From the NCBI GenBank assembly GCA_048939625.1, contig JBHLPH010000005.1, positions 32,001 to 96,000 on the forward strand: a DNA stretch of 64,000 nt, in the 5' to 3' direction. How positions within the stretch are numbered: position 1 is the stretch's first letter; the number at the start of each line of letters is the position of its first letter. The translations under genes were made by a program, and so were the position numbers. Below the pieces are notes generated by a model. That model was not told the DNA's origin. It did no database searches and saw only the letters and a list, made by a program, of their open reading frames with translations. Origin of the DNA: Promethearchaeota archaeon (GTDB lineage: Archaea; Asgardarchaeota; Hermodarchaeia; Hermodarchaeales; Hermodarchaeaceae). This document shows, one piece after another, positions 30,302 through 38,637 of this stretch.

Positions 30302-32071
30302 TCAGGAAGTGTTCCGAGCTCTTCTGCGGAAGACGAGAGCAAGTGAAATAGTTAAGGTAAAGCCAATGATGATGGAGAGAAGAGGAAATCCAGGGATACC
30401 AGGTGGGGGAGGGGTCCAAGTCGAATCTTGAAATGTGACACGGAAGGTGATAGAAGCGGCATTACCATAGGGATCAAATGCTGTGACGTTCAGTCCAAAC
30501 GTTACTCCAGTAGCGCCTGTTGTACTTTCGAGAAGGCCTAAGTTAGATATTTCAAAATTAGATGTATCATTGACCAGCCAGTCGGTAATTCCAGAACGGT
30601 CGGTGGCATTAAGCCGGAGAACGAGTCCGAGGCCATATTCGACGATTTGATCTTCGGGGATGTTTAACCAAGTTGGAGCGATTGTATCGCGTATTTGGAA
30701 TTGAAAGGTGCTTGAGAGGATGAGCCCACTGGAGTCGTTAACGTGAACTTCGACTCCGTAGTCTCCAACCGCTAGTGAGGTTGTGTTTTGAATCAGTCCT
30801 GTGCTATCGATGGCGAAGTTGGTAGTATCATTGATCCACCACGTATCAACGGGATTAATGGAAAAGGTGCTGAGTTGGTAAGAGCACAAATCTCCAAATT
30901 CGATTTGTTGATCTGTAGGAAGGTCAGTCCATTCGAAAGGAAGATGGCCTGGAACTAGGTCAAAGGCTTCGAAGAGGTATTCACCAATGTCCGTTAGATG
31001 AGAGAAGGTGGGAAGAACAGTTGTGGTGTTGTGATAGACAAATACGGGTACTGGGGCGTCAGTATGATAGGTATCAGTGAATTGGTATTGCAACACGGGA
31101 TTAGTCATGTTGACCCAGAGACCACCGCATTCATGATCAGCGGTGACAATCAGGAGGGTACGGTTATTTTGCTGGGTGTACTCATAGGCAACTTGAACAG
31201 CTTCGTCGAAGGCAATGGTTTCGCCGATAGTGTGATTGATGTGCCAATCATGACAGGCGTGGTCAATCCGACCACCTTCGACCATGAGGAAGAATCCGGT
31301 TGAGCTCCGATCAAGGAATTGCAATGAAATGTTGGTCATTTCTTTCAGATGGGGTTCGATGAGAGGGTTGCGATCGTATTCGTAATTCATATAGTAATCA
31401 GTAAATAACCCGAGTAGGTAATCGGCACTTGCACTCGCAATCATGTCGTTTCGATTTTGCACAATCGTGTACCCAAGGCTAGTCGCTGTTGCTAGTTGAG
31501 AAGAGTAGTATTCGAGTCCCCCACCAAGGAGTACCTCAATGTCCTTGGTAATTTGTTGTTGAGCGATTGTATATTGATCATTGCGATTTGGGACATGTGA
31601 CGAAAAGGGAGCTGGTGTTCCATGCGTAAGAGTAGTGGTTGTCACTAAACCTGTGGCTTTATCTAACGCTTCAGCGGCTTCTAGAATCGTGGTCAACTTT
31701 TCACCAGTCGGTAACATAGCAACCATATTGTTGTTCGTCCGATTCCCGGTTGCGAGAGCTGTTGCAGCGGCAGCAGAGTCAGTCACTGAACTATCCAAAG
31801 AATACGTTTCGATATCGCCAAGGTACGACAATTCTTCCATAGTTAAATTTCCGGATGTTCCCAACCATTTCTTGGTAGCATTAATTTGTCCCCAGCCCAT
31901 GCCATCTCCAATCATCAAAATGACGTTCTCAAAAGGCGCATCAGGAGATGCAGGTGCAAGAAGAACATTTTGGCTAACCTGGGCCATTGGAGTGATCACA
32001 GTTATTGGAAAAGGAGATATCAGAAGCAGACTAAGCAGTATTGATAGAGAAACAATTGAAATTAATTTCAG
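30302..32071 (-). CDS. Cell-surface alkaline phosphatase with Ig/cadherin-like domains and PGF-type C-terminal sorting signal
   Basis: NVILMIGDGMG, VTDSAAAATA, VEGGRIDHACH, VTADHECGG; tail PPPPGIPGFP-TM-RRR; the frame extends 24 codons above the track start to a CTG, adding a signal peptide. Confidence 0.9.
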   Translation of the reverse strand: MKLISIVSLSILLSLLLISPFPITVITPMAQVSQNVLLAPASPDAPFENVILMIGDGMGWGQINATKKWLGTSGNLTMEELSYLGDIETYSLDSSVTDSAAAATALATGNRTNNNMVAMLPTGEKLTTILEAAEALDKATGLVTTTTLTHGTPAPFSSHVPNRNDQYTIAQQQITKDIEVLLGGGLEYYSSQLATATSLGYTIVQNRNDMIASASADYLLGLFTDYYMNYEYDRNPLIEPHLKEMTNISLQFLDRSSTGFFLMVEGGRIDHACHDWHINHTIGETIAFDEAVQVAYEYTQQNNRTLLIVTADHECGGLWVNMTNPVLQYQFTDTYHTDAPVPVFVYHNTTTVLPTFSHLTDIGEYLFEAFDLVPGHLPFEWTDLPTDQQIEFGDLCSYQLSTFSINPVDTWWINDTTNFAIDSTGLIQNTTSLAVGDYGVEVHVNDSSGLILSSTFQFQIRDTIAPTWLNIPEDQIVEYGLGLVLRLNATDRSGITDWLVNDTSNFEISNLGLLESTTGATGVTFGLNVTAFDPYGNAASITFRVTFQDSTWTPPPPGIPGFPLLSIIIGFTLTISLALVFRRRARNTS

Positions 32072-32218
32072 GATGATCCAACCTCTTAGCCGTAACCGAG
32101 TATATGCTCATTTTAAATTGTTCGATTAACACAGCAATTTTGTTGTTTAATGGTTTATTGAAAGACAAGGTTTTTTATACAACTTTCAATTGAGAGCAAA
32201 GTGGAGGGTTTCTTAGTA

Positions 32219-32950
32219 ATGACCTTTATTGAAGCTCCTTTACATTTCGGTCTGCTCTTGACAACGACAATCATTTTATTGCTAATGACACTCATTGGGT
32301 TTCTGTGGGTTGTAAAAACTGAGAATGCGCGTGCGGGTCTTTGGTCGGGATTCCTAACGATTTTTTTCGCGTTCTTTACGTTTCTGATTCTCACAATCAT
32401 GGTGTTTCAGGTGCCTGCTGTTGCGACAGTGAGTGAACTCTTGCCATATTCACTGGGCGCATGGACATGTGTGTCGCTCCATGCTTTCTTCCTATTGTAC
32501 TATGTTCTAGGATTCAGGTGGCTGCAAAAACGAGTCTGGCTTGCCATCCTGCCTGTTATAGGTACCATGGGATTTGTGACAATCCTGTGGATTTACGCCA
32601 CACCAGCGAATATGATCCTTGTTTTTGATGGTGTCATGAATTGGCTGGCGATGCCATCGATTATTGTTGGCGTTGGTGGCGTCCTGGCAATCTTCTATAT
32701 GTTTTTGGCACCGACCTTTGCGGTTTATCAGGTCACGAAATCGCAAGAAGGCATGGTGAAGATGGGAAACTGGATTAGCTGGATTGGCCTATTTCTTTGG
32801 TTCATCGCTGCACTTCTCATGGCTCTGGTCCTTTATGTTGCACCATACATGCTCTTTGTCATAGCCCTTGCGACTGTCGCTTACATTCTTGTGTTCATCG
32901 GTTGGCTCATGGCCACACGAGGAATCAGCTCACCGGCATCGACTGGATGA
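32219..32950 (+). CDS. Stand-alone 7-TM membrane protein
   Basis: Seven hydrophobic helices; GGAGG before the ATG at 32219; paralog of the next gene. Confidence 0.82.
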   Translation: MTFIEAPLHFGLLLTTTIILLLMTLIGFLWVVKTENARAGLWSGFLTIFFAFFTFLILTIMVFQVPAVATVSELLPYSLGAWTCVSLHAFFLLYYVLGFRWLQKRVWLAILPVIGTMGFVTILWIYATPANMILVFDGVMNWLAMPSIIVGVGGVLAIFYMFLAPTFAVYQVTKSQEGMVKMGNWISWIGLFLWFIAALLMALVLYVAPYMLFVIALATVAYILVFIGWLMATRGISSPASTG

Positions 32951-32952
32951 AT

Positions 32953-33000
32953 AATGCCTGAGATTCCCTTAAATGGAAATCAGGCATTTCCCTCTTTTTT
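32953..33000 (+). terminator. Hairpin plus pyrimidine/T tract
   Basis: AATGCCTGA...TCAGGCATT-TCCCTC-T6. Confidence 0.7.
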
Positions 33001-33060
33001 CTGAAACGCGAGCGTTTTTATAGCCAATGCCAAAGATGGAAGGCTGGAGGGTTTTTCTGA

Positions 33061-33786
33061 ATGCTCTATATCACTGAAGCACCAATTAAATTCGGGATAG
33101 CGACAGCAGTTTGTATAATTGCAATAATTGGAGTAATATTGTCTATCTGGTTGGTGAGAAAGTCGCAGGGTTTCTATCGGACCATGCGGGCCTTTTTTGT
33201 GCTATCTCTGATTTGCTTGTCCCTTGGCTTCCTGTTTATCGCTTTGTCCTTTTACAATCTCCCAGCCGCGGCTACTGTTGAACAGATGTTACCGTATAAT
33301 CAGCTTATCTATGCGTTCATTGGATTACATGCTTTTTTCCTGTGGTTGTATTTCTGGTGGCAATGGTTCAGTGAAAAGAAATTGCGTTTAATATTCCCCG
33401 TCATCTTAACAGGCGTTTTTCTTGTACTCCTTATGATCTTGCCGACGCCTCTCACGACAGGCATTGTGTCGGATGGCGTGAACAACTACTTGGTCATGCC
33501 CCTTCTACTATCCGCGTATGGGGCACTTCTCATCCTGTGGTATCTGCTACTGGTGCCTTTTATTGCGTTGTATCGGTTAGCAAATGAACGGGAAGGGATG
33601 AACAAAACCTGGACATGGATCAGCCTCTTTTCCTTGATTCTTTGGTTTATAGCAGTGATGATGATGGCAATGGTCGCCTTCATTCCCACAGGTATGCTCT
33701 ATGGCCTTGGACTAAGCATTGTCGCATGGCTTCTGTTCTTCATCTCAGGCAGCCAGATTCATCTCCCGATGACCCTTGAGCCTTAA
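33061..33786 (+). CDS. Stand-alone 7-TM membrane protein (paralog)
   Basis: Shared EAP, PAxATVxxxLPY, LHAFFL, DGVxNxLxMP and LWFIA motifs. Confidence 0.82.
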   Translation: MLYITEAPIKFGIATAVCIIAIIGVILSIWLVRKSQGFYRTMRAFFVLSLICLSLGFLFIALSFYNLPAAATVEQMLPYNQLIYAFIGLHAFFLWLYFWWQWFSEKKLRLIFPVILTGVFLVLLMILPTPLTTGIVSDGVNNYLVMPLLLSAYGALLILWYLLLVPFIALYRLANEREGMNKTWTWISLFSLILWFIAVMMMAMVAFIPTGMLYGLGLSIVAWLLFFISGSQIHLPMTLEP

Positions 33787-33791
33787 TCACT

Positions 33792-33832
33792 CCCGTAGCA
33801 TTCCTGATGATGCTACGGGCCTCACCCTTTTT
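33792..33832 (+). terminator. Hairpin plus pyrimidine/T tract
   Basis: CCCGTAGCAT...ATGCTACGGG-CCTCACCC-T5. Confidence 0.7.
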
Positions 33833-33924
33833 CAAACAATACGTATTCATAAGATGAGAAGGCTAAAACTAAAAACAGAATAACACATTCGCCGAATGGA
33901 CTTTATAGTCAAGCTGTTGGGTGG

Positions 33925-34240
33925 AGGTGCCCGAGAAAGACCGGGCACGTCCCTGTGTGGTCATTCCCCTATATCCCCGAAGGGGAGCAACGTAGACATA
34001 GGACGGTCATCGGTGCCAGATGCCTCAGGAAAAAACATCTGAGGTTCGGACAACGGGAGGTGGGATTTGGGAGGTACAGGATTCGGGAGGGTTCCCTGGG
34101 TGGGATAGATTTTTCGAGGCGCCAGGACAACCAATGCGCATCCTTGGTGCTTCCCGCAGTCTTCGTTACTAAATAGTACTTTCTGAGTTGTGCGTTTGCG
34201 TAGTTCCCACAATCGAAACTACGCATTTGCGCAGTATTTC
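33925..34240 (+). ncRNA. Candidate structured ncRNA 2 or long structured leader (may also encode a 50-aa peptide, 34020-34172)
   Basis: TTTATA at 33902; GC-rich island of hairpins (GTGCCCG/CGGGCAC, CCCCGAAGGGG, CCTCAG/CTGAGG, GCGCCAGGA/TCCTTGGTGC, TGCGTAGTT/AACTACGCA); repeated GGGAGG; ends inferred. Confidence 0.55.
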
Positions 34241-34419
34241 AATCAGAAATGATGTGAAACTGAATAAAAACTTGGAGATTTCACGCGATTGCGGGCTTCC
34301 GAGTCCTCTTAAAAGGTTTACACTTTATTAGATAGATGCACTGACGAAGTTGTGGTTTTCGAGAGAAGGACAAAGCATATCAGCTTCCGAACCACGTGGG
34401 TAATTGATATCCAGAACCA

Positions 34420-35538
34420 GTGGGTGGGTCTGTGACGTTTAAACCATCGGTATTAGAAGACCGGGGAGCATGGCTGCTAATCAAACGGTTACTAGACGGG
34501 AGTATCGAAGAGTTACAGCCTATCTTGGATTCAACGACGCCATACGGATTCCGATACCCCGAAGCTGAAAAAGCACTGGAGGTCGAAGCAAAAGAGACTG
34601 TCGATCGCTTAGAGGGATTACGGCGTGCAGGGATTCTGAAGGGAGAACTTGCGGAATCAATCTTCACCTGTGGGAACTGCGAATCACCAGATCTTCATCC
34701 ACAATATCAGTGCATGACCTGTGAAGGAAGCCGCTTAATTCAGCATCCTGTAATTGAACACTTTTCTTGTGGATTCATTGGTCCGCCGAGTGAATTTGAA
34801 ACGAAGAAGGGTATGCGCTGCCCTTCCTGTGGAAAATCGTTGGAAGGAGAACAACAGGATTACAAATCCGAGTTGGCCTTTCGTTGCATGGATTGCAGCA
34901 CGGTGAGTGCAAAACCAAGGTTGGTCTTTCGTTGTTTTCAATGTCAGAAGGTGAGTGAACTCCTTTCTACATCTGAACGAGTTGTATATCTTTATCGTTT
35001 AAATATGGAGCATCGAGGTGAAATCATTCATTACCTTGGCTTCCATCCAGCCCCAGAGGCCGAGAAGCCATCACGCCGAAAACATCGCGTAGATTTGGAT
35101 GGGCTAGATCGGAGAATTTTAAATATTTTGCAGCGCAATGCGCGTAAATCATTTCGTAACATCGCCAAGCAGTTGAAAGTTAGTGATGCGACGATTCGTA
35201 GCCGAGTAGCCCGGTTAGAGCAAAACAACATCATTAAGGGATTTACAACGTTAGTTGATCCGGAACAAGCGGGAATGGAAGTACTGGCTCTGATTCAACT
35301 CGAAGTTGAATCACAGGCATTAACCAAATTGAACACAGACTTGCGAGGAGTGGAAGGGGTGAAGCTTGTAATGGAAACGGGAGATCGCCCAAACGTAATT
35401 CTTATTGTGGCGTTCCAGACGAGGGACGCATTGAATCTATTCTTAGATCAATACATTCGAGGGAAATTAGGAATTCAGTTGCTCTCGGTGACCTTAGCCT
35501 TAGGGCTACGTAAACTTGATTGGATGATTCAGTTATGA
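34420..35538 (+). CDS. TackOD1-like multi-zinc-ribbon domain fused to a full Lrp/AsnC regulator
   Basis: GFRYP-wHTH, CxxC pairs, IEHFSCG, RCPSCGKSL; C-terminal LDGLDRRILNILQRNARKSFRNIAKQL. Confidence 0.8.
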   Translation: MGGSVTFKPSVLEDRGAWLLIKRLLDGSIEELQPILDSTTPYGFRYPEAEKALEVEAKETVDRLEGLRRAGILKGELAESIFTCGNCESPDLHPQYQCMTCEGSRLIQHPVIEHFSCGFIGPPSEFETKKGMRCPSCGKSLEGEQQDYKSELAFRCMDCSTVSAKPRLVFRCFQCQKVSELLSTSERVVYLYRLNMEHRGEIIHYLGFHPAPEAEKPSRRKHRVDLDGLDRRILNILQRNARKSFRNIAKQLKVSDATIRSRVARLEQNNIIKGFTTLVDPEQAGMEVLALIQLEVESQALTKLNTDLRGVEGVKLVMETGDRPNVILIVAFQTRDALNLFLDQYIRGKLGIQLLSVTLALGLRKLDWMIQL

Positions 35539-35648
35539 AATTGGGGAGCCCTTATGATTCTTCAGGTTTTCAAGCGATGGGCGATAACCTTTTTGAACTG
35601 ATATGAGACCTTATCTTATCAGCGGAATAACCATCCGAGGCGGCTTAC

Positions 35649-36434
35649 GTGTCAGACCTTTATAAATTACTGGAAGAAGGCGAAATTCAGAAGGCATTAG
35701 AGCTAGTCAATGAGGACGAGGATGCTTGGGAAGATCTCATGGGATTGTTGGAAAACTCAGATGAATCTATACAGCGAACTGCATTCGAGATTGTCTCTAA
35801 ATCAGGGGATAATCCCATGATGCTTGAAGCGTTACCTATGCTCATTAGTGGACTGGACAGTGATGAGGATGATATTTGTCGGTACGCTGCGGAAGCATTG
35901 TATTATTTGGGCTCTGATGCCGCGGAGGCCGCTGAATCTCTAACAGCATTATTACGGCGCGATGATGATGAAGTGCGACGCGCAGTCGCTCGTGTTTTCA
36001 CTCAGATGGGCACTTCAGCACTTTATGCCAAGGAGCAGTTAATTGAAGCATTATCAGATAGTGATGAAGCGGTGCGTGGTGAAGCTGCCATGGCCCTTGG
36101 AAATTTAGGTAGCGATGCCTCAGAGGCGGTTCCCGCCCTCATCAAATTATTATCTGATGAAGAAGAATTCATGCATGAGGAGAAAGGAATGGAAGTGCGT
36201 TTGGCAGCCCAAGGGGCTTTAGAACAGATTGGCCCGGATGCGGTTCCTGGACTCCTTGAAGCTATGCGTGCAGATCGCCCAGAGCAACGCTTGATTGCAG
36301 TGACGGCGTTGGGTTCAATTGGTACATTGCCAGAAGCGGCTGTGAAAGATATTGAAGACGCCCGTTTGGATCCTGATGAGGGAGTACAAAAAGCTGCGAA
36401 GAGTGCCCTCAAACGGATTAAGGCTGAGAAGTAA
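35649..36434 (+). CDS. HEAT (PBS-lyase-like) repeat protein
   Basis: Repeated L.D.D..VR..AA.ALG.G units. Confidence 0.9.
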   Translation: MSDLYKLLEEGEIQKALELVNEDEDAWEDLMGLLENSDESIQRTAFEIVSKSGDNPMMLEALPMLISGLDSDEDDICRYAAEALYYLGSDAAEAAESLTALLRRDDDEVRRAVARVFTQMGTSALYAKEQLIEALSDSDEAVRGEAAMALGNLGSDASEAVPALIKLLSDEEEFMHEEKGMEVRLAAQGALEQIGPDAVPGLLEAMRADRPEQRLIAVTALGSIGTLPEAAVKDIEDARLDPDEGVQKAAKSALKRIKAEK

Positions 36435-36445
36435 GTTATTCAGAT

Positions 36446-36922
36446 TCATTCCTGATTTTCATTAGAAGCATTTGTGGTGTCAGAGTATGTTCGTCGGTCA
36501 ATAAAGAAGAAGATAGCCAGGAATAGAAGTACTGCAACCATTACAGGGATTTTAATGATAAATGAGACTGGTGAGACTAAGTACCAGGAGAGAGCAAATC
36601 CTGTGGGTAAAGCTGTCCAGAAACGAATTCCATTTCGGCTTTCTCGGAGGGCTAACCGTTGTGTGGTCCAATCCACAATAGCTGGGAGTGATATTGTGAA
36701 GGCAATGATGGTTGTACCGATGTCCCCCAGACTGTAAAAAATGGGAAAAAAGAAGAGCATAATGAAGGACACCGGGAGACCTAAGAAAATACCGAGATAG
36801 AGCCCAGAACATCGGGCACAGACATAGTAGGTTTGTCCATCTAGGTGAATTTTGAATGCGTGTATTTGTTTATGGTAAAAAAAGCTGAGGATGCCACCTA
36901 AAATCCGTTTTCCAAGGCCCAT
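36446..36922 (-). CDS. DUF2085-like membrane protein
   Basis: VCARCSGLYLG, PAIVDWTTQ, RESRNGIRFWT; start reassigned to MGLGKR. Confidence 0.8.
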   Translation of the reverse strand: MGLGKRILGGILSFFYHKQIHAFKIHLDGQTYYVCARCSGLYLGIFLGLPVSFIMLFFFPIFYSLGDIGTTIIAFTISLPAIVDWTTQRLALRESRNGIRFWTALPTGFALSWYLVSPVSFIIKIPVMVAVLLFLAIFFFIDRRTYSDTTNASNENQE

Positions 36923-36929
36923 ATGCTTT

Positions 36930-37703
36930 TCACTCAGTTTTGTTCGATTTTGTAGATAGTATACAAACAGGTGGGAGTGCACGTTTATGTGCGTTATTAG
37001 CAATTCGCTGCTGAAAGTGTTCGATTTGTGCCTTAGTTAGGCCTTGGGGAATTTTCCCGGAAACCAAGTCATCTAATTGGGTGTAACTCGCTCCCAGTTC
37101 TCCCTCGTCTGTTTGACCTGGCCATAGTCCTGGGCTTGGTGTCTTAGTACAGATATGTTCTGGAATACCCAGGTGGGCACCGAGACCTTGAACTTCGTGT
37201 TTGAGTAAATCGCCTAAGGGTAGCAAATCTGTGCCTCCATCGCCATACTTCGTAAAGAAACCGAGTATTAGTTCTGTACGATTACCTGTTCCGACGACCA
37301 AGCGGTTTCGGTGGTTTGCTACATAATAGAGCGTGATCATGCGCAAACGGGCTTTAATATTCGCTAACGGAATGGTGACGGGGGTTTCAGGAGTCAAACC
37401 TAAAGCTATGAGTAAGGAGTCATAAATAGGTGTCAAGTCATATGTGCGATGTTCGATGGCGAACTGCTCAGCGAGTGCTTGAGCATCTTGAGCCGCATCT
37501 TCAGGTGTATGGCTACATGGAAGGATGAGCCCCAATGTTGCATCCGTTACCTTACGGCATAAAACAGCTGCGACACTTGAGTCAATTCCACCTGAGATGG
37601 CTATAACAAATCCTGTACAGCCGCTTTTTTCTAGATACTCCTTTAACCAATGTGTGATTGTTGTCTCTATCTTCTGATAATCAGTTGCTACCATCTGGTT
37701 CAT
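36930..37703 (-). CDS. nadE: NH3-dependent NAD+ synthetase
   Basis: ISGGIDSSV, NIKARLRM, GTGNRTE, FTKYGDG, PSPGLWPGQTDE. Confidence 0.95.
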   Translation of the reverse strand: MNQMVATDYQKIETTITHWLKEYLEKSGCTGFVIAISGGIDSSVAAVLCRKVTDATLGLILPCSHTPEDAAQDAQALAEQFAIEHRTYDLTPIYDSLLIALGLTPETPVTIPLANIKARLRMITLYYVANHRNRLVVGTGNRTELILGFFTKYGDGGTDLLPLGDLLKHEVQGLGAHLGIPEHICTKTPSPGLWPGQTDEGELGASYTQLDDLVSGKIPQGLTKAQIEHFQQRIANNAHKRALPPVCILSTKSNKTE

Positions 37704-38599
37704 CCTTTCCTTTTACTTGGTTTCTTACCGGGTAGAATATCCATACTCAAATTCAGTGCAGGAACTGAGTGAGTAATCCAACCAACAGATATGACATCAA
37801 CGCCAGTTTGTGCGTACTCCTGGATATTGTCTGCAGTAATGTTTCCTGAAACCTCTAAGAGGATTTGGGGATGGGATTGTCGAAGATCCTTCACGGTACG
37901 TTTAATCTCTTGAGGCGCCATGTTATCTAATAAAATGATATTGGGATTTGATTTGGCTACGGCTAATGCCTCAGAGTGATTTGTAACTTCAATTTCAATT
38001 GGCGAGGTGAAACCTGTATTCTGACGAGCCTGTTCGACTGCTTTATTTGGGCTGAAGAAGAACGCAAGGTGATTATCTTTGATCAAAATAGCATCATCGA
38101 GGCGCCATCGATGTGGATCGCCTCCGCCGATGATGACCGCGAGTTTATCAAATATTCGGAGGAGAGGGGCGGTTTTGCGTGTGGCAGCAACTCGTATCCT
38201 TGGATTAGCTTTACGTGCAAGTTTTACCAGATGGTTGGTCGCAGTGGAAATTCCGCTCATTCGTTGAAGTAGGTTCAACAGAGTTCTTTCAATCGTTAAG
38301 AGGGTTGTGGCAGCTCCCTGAGCGGTAAATAGAGTTGCATTAGCTGAAACTTTATCACCATCATTCTGTTTGATAGTGACTGCGCAGCCAAAGTCTTGAA
38401 GAATGATATTTGCAATATCGATGCCGGCGAGTACACCTGGTTGGCGAGTGAATACTCGGGCGTGGGCTTTTTGCGAGGCAGAGATAAGGGCAGAGGTGGT
38501 GATATCTCCAAACCCGATATCTTCATCGAGCATTTCATAAAATTTATGTAAAATGAGCTGATGAGGAATTGTTGGAAGAGACGAGGTGGTTGGAGGCAT
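37700..38599 (-). CDS. nadC: Nicotinate-nucleotide pyrophosphorylase (carboxylating)
   Basis: EDIGFGDITT, ATRKTAP, HRWRLDDAILIKDNH, LLDNM. Confidence 0.95.
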   Translation of the reverse strand: MPPTTSSLPTIPHQLILHKFYEMLDEDIGFGDITTSALISASQKAHARVFTRQPGVLAGIDIANIILQDFGCAVTIKQNDGDKVSANATLFTAQGAATTLLTIERTLLNLLQRMSGISTATNHLVKLARKANPRIRVAATRKTAPLLRIFDKLAVIIGGGDPHRWRLDDAILIKDNHLAFFFSPNKAVEQARQNTGFTSPIEIEVTNHSEALAVAKSNPNIILLDNMAPQEIKRTVKDLRQSHPQILLEVSGNITADNIQEYAQTGVDVISVGWITHSVPALNLSMDILPGKKPSKRKG

Positions 38600-38637
38600 T
38601 AGTGGTCACTCTTTGTATGCTAGTGAGATGACCGCTT

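Noticed and set aside
29902-30342. Track ORFs 29902-30342 (-) and 29931-30218 (+)
   Set aside because: Low-complexity, non-protein-like translations over a region better explained by RNA structure
32219-33786. Microbial rhodopsins
   Set aside because: No DxxxK or other Lys in helix 7
33972-33992. CCCCGAAGGGGAGCAAC resembling SRP RNA helix 8
   Set aside because: The conserved 5' CAGG of the symmetric loop is missing and the position near the 5' end does not fit SRP architecture; cmscan would settle it
33955-34226. Track ORFs 33955-34176, 33961-34212 and 33969-34226
   Set aside because: Short mutually overlapping frames in a GC-rich structured island, with no motifs
33925-34240. RNase P RNA or a known riboswitch
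   Set aside because: No GAGGAAAGUCC / P4 partner, and no TPP, FMN, cobalamin or fluoride consensus found by eye
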